A DNA stretch of 62,879 nt, counting the filler, from Basidiobolus ranarum (lineage: Eukaryota), in assembly GCA_040143965.1 (NCBI GenBank). It is 46 parts of 46 records of this genome, joined end to end, with 100 filler letters (N's around TTAATTAATTAA, not from the genome) between each part and the next. Parts side by side here need not be neighbours in the genome. Positions count along the whole stretch, not along the records: positions 23,327 to 24,596 come from JASJQH010005748.1; positions 24,697 to 25,966 come from JASJQH010005749.1; positions 26,067 to 27,336 come from JASJQH010005750.1; positions 27,437 to 28,706 come from JASJQH010005751.1; positions 28,807 to 30,076 come from JASJQH010005752.1; positions 30,177 to 31,445 come from JASJQH010005753.1; positions 31,546 to 32,814 come from JASJQH010005754.1; positions 32,915 to 34,183 come from JASJQH010005755.1; 38 more parts are not named here. One strand, given 5' to 3'. The notes beneath the pieces are model-generated. The model saw nothing but the letters and a program-made list of their open reading frames with translations. It did not search any database and was not told where the DNA came from. Below are positions 24,237 through 35,719 of the stretch, in pieces. Within the stretch, counting starts at the first letter, position 1. Each line of letters starts with the position of its first letter. A program made the position numbers and the translations under genes.

Positions 24237-24596
24237 ATGCCATTCAAAAAGCGTTCAAAATCTAAGTCAAAATCGGCTTCCAAGCCAAAGCCTGCTGGCC
24301 CAAAAGGAAAAAAACCAGCAAGAACAGTGGACTTAATTGATGAACAGTCTAGCAATCCACTATCCACTTTGGAAGGCATTAACATGCCGGAAACTAACTC
24401 AAGTAATGATGAAGCATTAATCAATTTACCAGATGTGTTCCTTTCCAGCGATAGTGCAAGTGAAGAGATTGTAATCCCCCAATTACGTAGTAAATCAATA
24501 GTTGAGCAAAGTTCAACCAAAACACCGTCAAGACCATCAACTTCCAAAATGGCTACTTTGCCCACAATTGAACAACCCTCCGTAGAAAATTTGGAT
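24237..24596 (+). mobile_element. CACTA element ORF2, N-terminal part, divergent from the transposase
   Basis: MPFKKRSKSKSKS basic NLS-like start; the same head-to-head layout recurs at 47962-49227 and 52060-53325. Confidence 0.8.
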
Positions 24597-25140
24597 NNNN
24601 NNNNNNNNNNNNNNNNNNNNNNNNNNNNNNNNNNNNNNNNTTAATTAATTAANNNNNNNNNNNNNNNNNNNNNNNNNNNNNNNNNNNNNNNNNNNNATTA
24701 GGAATATCTCTACATCAATGTAACAAGCATAACTTATTACCCCCACCTATCTATTATACCTTGTTACACAAGCAACTGTATGTCTCAAACAATCTACTTA
24801 CTTCCATGCTTTAAAAGTTAATTATTGTGTCAAGAATAAAGCAATTGAAATAGTATCATCAGTTGTCTCTATATTATAAAAACCTTCTTCATTATGACAT
24901 ATTTCTCCAACACTTCATTTGTTTCAAACTCCCAGCCACCTAGATAATTGTCATTGTAGAATCTGTTAGCATAATGTTAAAGGTATTCAAGTATTTTTTA
25001 GGTTGTTAGTAGTGAATTGGTTGCTGTCATCTTCTACTTGATTGGGTGCAAGTTCAAATATACTTTTATCTTGAAGTAGATAAACCAATATGTAGAGTAC
25101 CAAGTTCTGGGTCTTTTGGAAAAGCTTGAGAAAACCATAT

Positions 25141-25280
25141 GTTGTACACCAACATAAAAAGTTATTTAACTTGTGCCATCTCTATATAACTTGCATAAAT
25201 ATCTGTTTAGTTTTGTTGTGCACCAACACACAAAGTAATTTAACTTAACCATCTCTATACAACTTGCATGAATATCTGCT
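25141..25280 (+). repeat. Two-copy ~74-bp tandem repeat within a CpG-depleted unclassified repeat contig
   Basis: gttgtacaccaac..catctctatataacttgcataaatatctg vs gttgtgcaccaac..catctctatacaacttgcatgaatatctg. Confidence 0.8.
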
Positions 25281-26066
25281 GAACTCATCTTTATTACTAA
25301 CTAGTCATCTGACCTGATCCAGTGACTCTATCATGTGATTTATTAGATGAATAACTATCTACTCTCTTATCCCTTCAATCCAATCATATGACCAATCACA
25401 CAATCATCATCCAATCAGTATTAATCTCTGAGTTATCTGCCCAGACACAAGTCAATATGAGTCATAAGAATCATTACCAATGATCTTCACTGTGAAGACT
25501 TCAGCTGATGCATGACTCATATATCTATCTGTATATCCAATCATATTCTCTTTTATCAGAATTAGTCATTTATTAACTTGGCCCTGACTAATCACCATGC
25601 TATCAAAAAGTATGAATAAAGCAAACTGCCCTGTTGGCTTAATATGTGTCTCAACAAATTTAAAATTTCTCTTTCATTTCTATCAAAGTTCAGTATCTAC
25701 TAGCATCTACAGAACACCAAGCCTAATTACCTAGCAAACCTACTCTCTACCATAACATAGCAACACCCTGCTATTCCCAAGACATATCTTAGTTAGATCT
25801 GCTCTGCTAATATCTCCTGCTTAAACAGTTCTAAGATTCTGCACCTAACTATTTCTATGGTTCAGTAAAGTTCAAGACTTCTTATACACTTTTCTTTTGG
25901 ACACAGCACCATATAATCTAAGAGCTTCAAGATTTGTTAAAAAAAATTCCAAGCAAATTCCAATTGNNNNNNNNNNNNNNNNNNNNNNNNNNNNNNNNNN
26001 NNNNNNNNNNTTAATTAATTAANNNNNNNNNNNNNNNNNNNNNNNNNNNNNNNNNNNNNNNNNNNN

Positions 26067-26720
26067 CAGTAAGCCAAGTAACAACTCAAGGACTAAACTT
26101 TGTGTTTAGCAAGGCAGGATGCACTATCACAGATTGGAATAATGCCAAATTAGCTACTGCGATCAAAACTCAAAACTATACAAGCTTGATATCAACAAAT
26201 TGTATTCTGAGCATGCAAACTCGTCCAAAACCAGTGCAATAAGCTGTCAAACATGGCATAGAAGATTAGGACACATTGGGGAACAAAAACTGATCCAAAT
26301 GATCCAAAATCAGCTTGTTTCAGGTTTAGAAAATGAAATTATCACAAAATTGGATATGTGTGAAGGTTGCATATATGAAAGCATCACATACAGCTGTTTT
26401 CAAACTCTGGAGAGATCAAATCAGCTCAGAATTCTGCCCTGATTCATTCTGACCTATGTGGGCCCATGGAAAATGTCTCATTAGGGCGGAAAAGGTACTT
26501 GATGACCTTGATTGATCAAAATACAAGATGTACCTGGGTATCTGTTCTCAAATCAAAAGCTGAAGCCTTAACTGCATTCAAGCATTACAAAGCAGTGGTA
26601 GTGAAAGAATCAGCACAAATAAAAAGGGTACTCAGGAGTAATAATGGTAAACAATACTGCTCTAAAGACTTCACTAGTTTGGTTCTTAACATGGAATAAA
26701 GCAACAAACTACTGTACCTT
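26067..26720 (+). mobile_element. Ty1/Copia family 3 GAG-pre-integrase / integrase fragment
   Basis: WHRRLGH..CEGC; HSDLCGPM; RSNNGKQY. Confidence 0.9.
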
Positions 26721-27436
26721 AGACTTGTTACATTGGACCAGGTCAGATTGTGCCACGCAGTCCAACCTGCTAGTACACCATCTGCCATGATTAGTCAATT
26801 TCCTTGGCTGGGTCCTATAACACTCAATTGGATACTATAAGGAACAATATGGCACTATGCCATCACAATTGGACACTATGAATTTTTTTGGATACATTGT
26901 TCCAGCCCATATTAAGTTACCTAATTTAGTATTGCAAAATTGAAATTTTGGGTAACTGACAAAGCAAGTTCATCCCCTAGTTTGTAACCTACAAATTACT
27001 GAAAATGTAACAATAAACAACTTATACTGTAACTTACCCAATCAAATGTATAACTAAGATATTCACATGTTTTTAGGCCAGTCATTTGTCCCTCACCAAC
27101 ACAGTATCATGATTTTCAATTGGGCTCAATAGCTCCTGCAATACAAAACACCAGTAGATTTGGCACACTGGTGCCAAATCACAGCACTCAATGATGGATT
27201 GATCTGCAGTATGATAGTAGTGATCATGATCACTTGACTCATCATTTTTACATCAGCAAATTATTCCTTCATTCATTTAGGCTTCTAATTGGGTGAGAAT
27301 ATGAATGGATTGAGCTATAGCAAGCCAATACAGCTGNNNNNNNNNNNNNNNNNNNNNNNNNNNNNNNNNNNNNNNNNNNNTTAATTAATTAANNNNNNNN
27401 NNNNNNNNNNNNNNNNNNNNNNNNNNNNNNNNNNNN

Positions 27437-28388
27437 TGCCTGGCGTGTATTCCATATATATAACCATCACAAATTTCCATTTTGGCTTGGGGGTTAATTT
27501 GAATTCCAGAAAATAGGCAATTTTGATCATTTTGCTCACATAATCAAATCCAATATGGTCAAATCTCTTATGCTATAATTGAATAGTTTCTTAATTGGAA
27601 TAACTTATATTTACACATAAATCTCTTGGATTATATGTAAGTTTGTATAAGTTGTGATCTTTTTCTCCCAAAGCTAAATAATTCCCATTTCAATCAGTGA
27701 TGGTGCATCCTGACTTATCAAAATTGAATTTTAGCCCTTCTGAGGTGGCCTTGCATACAGATATTAAATTCTTGGCAATATCTGGAACATGTAGTACATC
27801 CTTAAAAGTATATACTTTCTCTTCAGAAGCTCCAGTTAAATTGACTTGAATTGTTCCTATTCCAATAGCATCCAATGTGCAGTCATCTCCCATGAAAACA
27901 TTTCTAATTAGGATTTCTTCATAATCCACAAACCAATGTTTTTCATTTGTGAAATGTTGGGAAGCTCCAGAATCAATATACCATGTCTGAGAATCCTTGT
28001 TGGTAGTCATAGATAGAGCAGATATGAACAAGTGATCTTCTGTTGTAACCACATTTCCAGATTCAGTATGTTTTTCTTCTTTTGCAATTCTTTTAAAGCA
28101 ATCTTTGCTTAAATGGCCAGTTCTTTTACAATAATCACAGAATGTGTTACTTTTCTTCTTAAAGTGCTTTTGACCTTTATAGGAAGGTTTCCCATAGCCT
28201 ATTGAAGCATTTTCTTCATTCTTTTGGCTGAGTCCTGACTTGCATAAATCTTCATCCAGAAGTCTGCCAAATACATAATTCAAGGTGAAATTTTCAGTTC
28301 TTGATTCTAGAGCAATTACTAGGGTCTGAAACTCCTCTGGCAGGCTATTTGGGACTGTAACTATGATATCATGTTCAGTGGTAGGTAC
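27437..28388 (-). mobile_element. Ty1/Copia family 2 gag-protease fragment
   Basis: NSLPEEF..LESR; CDYCKRTGHLSKDC; WYIDSGASQH; near-identical to 8800-9513. Confidence 0.93.
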
Positions 28389-28706
28389 TATCATGATTCT
28401 GATCTCGGCATACTGATCCACTACAAATAGAACTCCTCTATTATTAGATTATGACATTATATCTGCTGTGCCATCCCTTCTTGGCAATCTGGTGTCAGTT
28501 CATCCATATTACCTTATATGGAAGTCATGTTCTTTGGAACATTCCATGAAACCTAACCAATCATGTCATCCCTTGCATAGCGTATTTCCGCCAAGACCTT
28601 AGATGGAAGGTCACCTGATCATCCTTACATCATCCTTACATCATCCCTCTTTGTATTGGTCCTTGTAGTCCCCAACACCCTAACTCTTGAGCTTGCCACA
28701 GTATAT
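28389..28706 (+). repeat. LTR family D (Gypsy-like TGTCATGA start), inserted into Copia gag
   Basis: Second copy at 47622-47861 begins TGTCATGATTCTGATC; internal CATCCTTACAT tandem repeats at ~28620-28645. Confidence 0.7.
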
Positions 28707-29275
28707 NNNNNNNNNNNNNNNNNNNNNNNNNNNNNNNNNNNNNNNNNNNNTTAATTAATTAANNNNNNNNNNNNNNNNNNNNNNNNNNNNNNNNNNNNNN
28801 NNNNNNCTTTGTGACTTGATTCATTGATTAATTGTCTGATTAATTTTATTTTGATTGTGCTATTCTTTTAGGATAGATCGGGGGGAAATCAAGTGGCACT
28901 CCTGCCAGATTTGGGAGTGTGCTAATTTTGAAACATGTTTGTAACACTGATGGCCTGTTTCCAATGTCTTGTAACTTTTGTCTCTGCAGTTGGTTTGCTT
29001 TAAAATTAATATCTAAAGTAAAATAATAATCAGGAATGATCTCCCTAAAGTTTAGTAATTATTTGTCCAGTAGTTCTGGATATATTTGCATTTCTTTGCT
29101 TGTTTTGGTGATTGCAAGACATGTGGGAAAGGTGTAGATATGAAACTGGGTGAGGGTCAAGGTTTGCATATGCATTTTATGTGTACAAAATATTGTGTTG
29201 ATTGACACATTATGTTGTCTCCAAATTTGCCATTGCTTTTGTCTGATAATCCAATTTTGTAACACAACCAGAGTT

Positions 29276-29358
29276 CTGAACATAGCTCAGTTGGTAGAGC
29301 AGGAGACTCTAGTGTTATAGCAATCTCTAGGTCACTGATTCAAATCCAGTTGTTTGGA
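29276..29358 (+). tRNA. tRNA-Tyr-like pseudogene with a ~10-nt intron; anticodon reads CTA
   Basis: CTGAACA/TGTTTGG acceptor; TAGCTCAGTTGGTAGAGC; GGAGA-CT-CTA-G, intron, A-TCTCT; T arm ACTGA-TTCAAAT-CCAGT with one mismatch; T6 terminator follows. Confidence 0.8.
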
Positions 29359-29580
29359 CATTTTTTGGGAAAGTCAGTCAGTAACTAGGCTGAGAATAAA
29401 GTATATTTTCCACCTAGGCTAAGTGGTACAAACAATCAAGCCAATATAACAAAACTGTAAGGTATCATTACCTTGTTTTGTTAGAAGATGCTCATCAATT
29501 CCATGCTGGAGACTAGACAAGATGAGGCTTCAAACAAAAAGGAATTACATTAAACAATTAACAAAATAAAACAAAAGACT

Positions 29581-29654
29581 CACTCCTGGGTGGGCTTGAA
29601 CCACCAACCTCCTGATTAACAGTCAGATGCACTAGCCAATTATTCCACAAGAGC
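29581..29654 (-). tRNA. tRNA-Asn(GTT), degenerate, probable pseudogene
   Basis: TCTGA-CTGTTAA-TCAGG anticodon arm; GGTGG-TTCAAGC-CCACC T arm; damaged D stem; T-run downstream. Confidence 0.82.
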
Positions 29655-29931
29655 TACTTGTTTCTGAGTACTGATTGCACAAAACATGTTCCTTAAAATT
29701 TACCAGAGTCTCCCCCCTTGTTATAATGAGTGATTAAATCAAATCATCTGGTGCTTGCTGAGTATATGGCTAGATCTTAGAGATAAATTATCTACACAAG
29801 TCAACTCAGATACTGATATTTCCTTGTTATGCAGGATCTTCTGGATACTATTCTTTTTGTAATATGCATAACTTTGGATATGATAAGGATTAAGCCAACA
29901 ATTAAGTGAGAATAGTATCTTGCTTGTACTA

Positions 29932-30004
29932 GCCATCTTAGCTCATTTGGGAGAGCATCAGACTGAAGATCTGAAGGTCCTGCATTCAATCTGCAGCGAT
30001 GGCA
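29932..30004 (+). tRNA. tRNA-Phe(GAA), degenerate, probable pseudogene
   Basis: TCAGA-CTGAAGA-TCTGA anticodon arm; GCTC/GAGC D stem; B box mutated (CATTCAATCTG). Confidence 0.82.
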
Positions 30005-30176
30005 TCTACTTTTAGCTTTTGATCTGATATTAACTCAACAATTGCCACTATATTTGTCATGATTTTTGCACTTGGTNNNNNNNNNNNNNNNNNNNNNNNN
30101 NNNNNNNNNNNNNNNNNNNNTTAATTAATTAANNNNNNNNNNNNNNNNNNNNNNNNNNNNNNNNNNNNNNNNNNNN

Positions 30177-30269
30177 GCTTAATTTCTGGTCAATAAATAA
30201 TTATCTCACAAAGCTATTCACAACTCCACTTTTCTAAAGTTCCTCCAAACAGCCCATATTTTCCCAATA
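30177..30269 (+). repeat. LTR-B 3' end inserted into Gypsy gag
   Basis: Ends ..CATATTTTCCCAATA, followed by Gypsy sequence with no PBS. Confidence 0.88.
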
Positions 30270-31445
30270 TGGTTGACCCAGTGACCCTGACTGATGCTAT
30301 CCACCAGGCAGTTAAATGTAACAACCGGTTGTTTGAAAGACAACTACAAAGAAATATGGCTCCTTTCTTTTCTCCTTCATCACCTACTTTCAAACCTCCC
30401 TTCCTCCAAACACAAAATACAGCTCAAGCTGATGACCCAATGCAAATTGATGGAATTTGCTTCAGAAAGCTTAGCCCTGAGGAGAAATATCAACAGCAAC
30501 AAGAGAGTCTATGCCTTTATTGTGGCGCTCCTGGATATGTAGCAAGAATCTGTCCAAAGAAGAATCCTGGATTTAAGATCAATAATACACAAGTAGAAGG
30601 GAACTCTTCCCAACCTTGGGAAACCTTTGATGCCCAGCTGCAATAATGGGCATGCAGTTGGGAAAACCATCTTCAAAAATGTATCTTCACCATACATTGC
30701 AATCTTTGCAGTTGTACAAATCATGAAAGCTGCCCAGTACACTCCTGCTACCAAATTCCAAGTCAGTAAAAACAACTGCACTTCTTGATTCATGTGCTTC
30801 CTCCTGCCTTATTGACTCTGCTTTTGTAAAATCTCAGTCTATCCCAACAATCAAAAAAGATAGTCCAGTCCTTGTAGAAGTAATTGATGGAAGCCTGCTA
30901 TCATCAGGTGCTATAACACATGAGAAATCCTTTGTGAAACTCAAGTCCACTGCTCATCAAGAAGAAATAGCCTTTAACATCATTTCTTCACCTCACCACC
31001 CAGTAATCCTTGGTATCTCATGGCTCATTCAGCACAACCGAGTAATCAATTAAAAGAAGAAGATTATCATGTTCAAGCAACCTTCACCTCTTAGTCCATA
31101 TGCCAACCTGCAAAGAATCCAAAACATCATCAGCCCAACTCCTAAAAACATCTATAAAGCCAATATCTGTTGACAGTTTTGCTGAAGAGCTGAAACCAAC
31201 AAAACCTATGGTTCATAAGCTCCCACCCAAACACCAAGCCTTTGCTGATATCTTTGACAAGAAGAAATCTGATATACTCCCAGCTCACCACCCATATGAT
31301 TGCTCTATAGATCTACAAGAAGCAAAACAACCACCATTTGGGCCTATATATGAGATGACCCAGCCAGAACTCAACATTCTGAAGGAGTACATTTGAGAAA
31401 TTCTAGAGAAAGAATTCATCCAAGATTCAAAGTCCCCAGCAGGCT
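30270..31445 (+). mobile_element. Ty3/Gypsy (chromovirus-like) gag end, protease and RT start, degenerate
   Basis: DPMQID; CLYCGAPGYVARIC; LLDSCAS (DSG-like); LPAHHPYDCSIDL; PPFGPIY; SKSPAG. Confidence 0.92.
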
Positions 31446-31549
31446 NNNNNNNNNNNNNNNNNNNNNNNNNNNNNNNNNNNNNNNNNNNNTTAATTAATTA
31501 ANNNNNNNNNNNNNNNNNNNNNNNNNNNNNNNNNNNNNNNNNNNNAACA

Positions 31550-31732
31550 ATGGAATACGAAGGAAAAAACCCTGGAAATGTTGAAGGAGGTCTCAAGGCA
31601 GCAGCCCATAATCCGAATGTGTCAGCTGAAAAGCAACAGGAGTCGTTGGATAAAGCGTCGGAAATTCATGAAGAACGCACTGGAAAGCCACTCAAGGAGA
31701 CCATTGAAAAAGAATCTAAAGGACGAAAGTAA
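31550..31732 (+). CDS. Conidiation protein Con-6-like hydrophilin, copy 1
   Basis: KNPGNVxGGLKAAxHNPNVSxExK Con-6 signature; ACAATGG start context. Confidence 0.85.
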   Translation: MEYEGKNPGNVEGGLKAAAHNPNVSAEKQQESLDKASEIHEERTGKPLKETIEKESKGRK

Positions 31733-32403
31733 ACAACCTGTAGATAACTTCTCAGTTAGCTAAATAAACTGAAATGTTGTATTTCCAAATCATGATTTCT
31801 GATACAGTTTGAAGGCTTAAAGTGCTAATAGCTGCCATATCGTTCCCGTTGATACTGCTCAAGTGAAGCAGCCAACCTTTTGGCAAAACGAAATGTGAAT
31901 ACAAAAGTTGAGCAAGTAGTTGCAGTGATCTCAAATATTTAATTTTTTTATCGTATTCAATTTCTAAAGCTCGTGGTGATATTCTTTTTTGAACCGGTTA
32001 TTTCATCAATTACTGAATATTGGCTATACTTTCTTACGTATGGTCCATGAGACAAGGTCTTGTATTTCAGGGTTAACTAATTAATATGCCATGAATTTTA
32101 CTATACTTGTCTGGTAATGAGCAGGATGAAGATGCATTAATAACGTGTCGGACTACCTGTAGCATGATTCATGTTGCAATCGGCTAAAGAGGTAAAGTAC
32201 GCAAATGGATCAACGATATACTAGCAGATCAATCGGTTAGTAGTTGCTGCCATGTACACATCATTTAACTGTTACGTAATTCACTTAATTCACCAGCACT
32301 GACTCTTCGTCGAAGTCATCCCATAGTTAACTATATAAGCCCAAGGTAGGCAACATCAGATAATCATCACTCACATCTAATCGTCACCTACAGCTAACTA
32401 ACA

Positions 32404-32586
32404 ATGGAATACGAAGGAAAAAACCCTGGAAATGTTGAAGGAGGCCTCAAGGCAGCAGCCCATAATCCGAATGTGTCAGCTGAAAAGCAACAGGAGTCGT
32501 TGGATAAAGCGTCGGAAATTCATGAAGAGCGCACTGGAAAGCCACTCAAGGAGACCATCGAAAAGGAATCTAAAGGACGAAAGTAA
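32404..32586 (+). CDS. Conidiation protein Con-6-like hydrophilin, copy 2
   Basis: Protein identical to copy 1; TATATAA at ~32332. Confidence 0.87.
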   Translation: MEYEGKNPGNVEGGLKAAAHNPNVSAEKQQESLDKASEIHEERTGKPLKETIEKESKGRK

Positions 32587-33821
32587 ACAATATGTATATG
32601 ACTTCTCGGACAGCTAAATAAACAGATATGTTGTGTTTTCAATTCATGGTTTCTGGTACAGTTTGAAGGCTCAGAATTAATTCGAAGTATATGTCGAGCT
32701 ACACAGTAAATACTGTAGTAATCAACAAAAAGAGCGACTAGCTGGCATATTGTTAGACCCCCGGCTTAGTTGTTATTTTGGAAAATATCCTTCTTACATT
32801 ATACTTTCACCTTTNNNNNNNNNNNNNNNNNNNNNNNNNNNNNNNNNNNNNNNNNNNNTTAATTAATTAANNNNNNNNNNNNNNNNNNNNNNNNNNNNNN
32901 NNNNNNNNNNNNNNACTGAATAGGTTAATTTACTTGCTACATTTGACCTATAAAAAATATGTGGATAAATACTATAGTAAAACTTCAGGAAGTAAAAGCT
33001 GAGGCCTTGGAATACCAGCAGAAAACCAGAGGAAACTTGAAAATTTGGATTTACCATGAGAGGGATTAGTGAAATACCATTGGAATACCATTAAGAAATA
33101 GTAGGAAAATTGCATGATCTTCAAAATGACATTTTTTAATAGGATTACCCAGCTAATATGTAGTTTTTCTAAAGCTGCATAGAGTCACACTCTTGAGTTA
33201 TAATATATAAGCATTGTTGTGCTAGCTGCTATATGTGTTAAACTATGGACTTGTTTGGAAGTTTGGCAGCATTTTGAAGAAATAAATTAACATTCAAAGT
33301 GACTACTTCCTCAAAATACTCCAATTTTTTTCTAAAGTAAACAAGACCTTTGAATATAATGTCAGTATTTTGAAACAATTTGGACTTTTCTTATTGAGCA
33401 TATTTATTTGCACTCCATTGATACCATTATTAAATTACCACAAAATTAATTTAGAAAGTTGGCTTTTTGGAAAATTGATTCTATAAATGTTCTTCTTTGC
33501 AAAGCATTTATCATTTCTAATGTAGCTAACAAGTGTATCTATATAATTGACATTCTTGAGAATATCCATTGATATATTTTCAAATTTGTTCATGGCTAAA
33601 TGAAAAGACACTCAGAGACTTATAAATCTCATATTTTAGTAAGTATAAATCAACACCTGACAGATTTATTTACCATGTATTTAAGCATATCACTGATCTA
33701 TTGGTCCATGAACTCTCTGTATTTCACAAGTTTCTTCTTACTGTCAACTAAATGGAAGTATTTATTTGCTGTTTTCCCTGACCTCTAGTGCAGAGGAGAA
33801 TCTCTGTATATATGAGAATAC

Positions 33822-34183
33822 TGTTAAAGTATTTGAGAGCCTGCTGGAAGTGGTTTGGAGAATTAGAGGAATTGGTGGTATTCATTTATTGATTTATTGA
33901 GTAGAAGGTTGACATTTATAGTTTTGTCAAGATGTAAACAAACTAACATGTAGAATATGTTAAGGAAGGTCCCAGAAACATGTGTGCAAGGTTTGGGGCT
34001 TCTAGTACAAGCTTGAAAAATCTATATATCTGAGAACTTCTAAGTTGGTAAAAATATTCAAAGTAAATTCCAATTGAGAATAATTGATAATATCTTAGTG
34101 AGTTATAAGATAACTAAGTACTAAGCTATATATGACTATATAGGTGTTTAGGCAATGCTAATTTCAACACTCTCCCTCAACTA
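33822..34183 (-). repeat. Full LTR-A (33822-34169, 348 bp), a 3' LTR preceded by polypurine tract GAGGGAGAG
   Basis: TGTTGAAATTAGC...CTTTAACA; PPT at 34170-34178. Confidence 0.92.
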
Positions 34184-35062
34184 NNNNNNNNNNNNNNNNN
34201 NNNNNNNNNNNNNNNNNNNNNNNNNNNTTAATTAATTAANNNNNNNNNNNNNNNNNNNNNNNNNNNNNNNNNNNNNNNNNNNNTACAAAAGATTTTTCGG
34301 TTAATAAGTACATTTCTACATCCATAAATATATGGTCTTTTAGTACATATACCATTGGAAAGACCTAAAGGCAAAACCAATAAATTCATTTTTTTAAAAA
34401 GAATATGATGCATTAAGCTATATTTACACTCTAGCAAGTTACGTTGACAATAGCTACTAGTGTTAATGCATCTTTCTATAGCTATGCACTCATTTATCAG
34501 GATACATTTTTTGACACGCTTTCTTAGAGAATACCAATCATATAAAGCAACAGTGAGAACTGCTTTAAGGAGGCTAAAATCCAAGAGCTACATTTGAAGA
34601 TACTTCATAGTGAATGACCTGGATAAGTTGAACAACCAAGTAATAATAACCTGTATCAACGTGGGAAATGTAACTGAAGTATATTGCTGTAAAGGCTAGA
34701 AAACAGTGTGATACAACCCAATTTTGATCGATTCTGATATTTACTGGTTGATTTTGACATAAGGCTATCATATTACCAATACTATTTACTGATCCTTTTT
34801 ACTGATACTTTCGAAACGGGTATTTTAATTGATTGCAAAAACTTCATATTGACTGATTTAACCCTATTTCTCTCAATATCTGGTATTTTGCCACTTTTTG
34901 CTGAACATTTATAAAACCATATCAATGCTTCATTCAGTACATGCAGTTTTGTTTATGATAAGAGAGATGCTATGCATAAACCAAATCACAATTATTGCCA
35001 TTCAGTGATATGCTATTTGCTTTGAGAACAAAATCAGGCTTAAGGTGGCAATTGTGTATGAT

Positions 35063-35552
35063 CCCTAACAGAAATTTGAGGATTTTTATCATAGGAAAAC
35101 CATCACAATTTTAACCCATTTGGGATTGACTGTTTACTTACTGTCATAAAACTGTCAAATTAGATTTGATTTTAATCAATTTTTTCAGTTTCAGGAGTGA
35201 AATTTCAAGATCTTGCAAAATAGTTGCACATGATTGGCTACAATATCAGAGAACTATGGATCAATGCATATGCAAAAAATGTAACTCAAATTTTACACAT
35301 TTACCACTTGAACACTAATTTGTCACCTTTGAAATTCCTAGTTTCTTTGATATATTCTCCTGAATATTTTTATAGAGTTCTTCATACCTAAGGTTTAGCT
35401 CATATCCAACACAAGTTTGTATCAATATCTCCATCAAAGCTCACCATTGTATTAACATTGCTGAATCAACATTCTTCCAGCTATCTGGTGGATACCCTGC
35501 AATATTGTGCCACTCTGTATTAAGTTCTTCCCAGATATCTGCATGGTCAACA
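35063..35552 (-). mobile_element. CACTA ORF2-side terminus and ORF2 C-terminus
   Basis: Terminus CCCTAACAGAAATTTGAGG at 35063. Confidence 0.9.
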
Positions 35553-35652
35553 NNNNNNNNNNNNNNNNNNNNNNNNNNNNNNNNNNNNNNNNNNNNTTAA
35601 TTAATTAANNNNNNNNNNNNNNNNNNNNNNNNNNNNNNNNNNNNNNNNNNNN

Positions 35653-35719
35653 CGTTAACCAAGGCAAAAGGTAAAATAGTAGCGGCAGTTGCGAATAGAG
35701 CGAAAGAGAAATGAACCAT
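35653..35719 (-). CDS. 5' end of a secreted protein (signal peptide only; not in the ORF track)
   Basis: MVHFSFALFATAATILPFALVN; TATATAAA ~55-60 nt upstream. Confidence 0.6.

Noticed and set aside
29739-29989. Small ORFs in the tRNA contig
   Set aside because: They overlap the tRNA-Phe antisense strand and AT-rich spacer; no coding evidence
31578-32617. 61-aa overlapping ORFs at the Con-6 copies
   Set aside because: +1 shadow frames; the substitutions are synonymous only in the Con-6 frame
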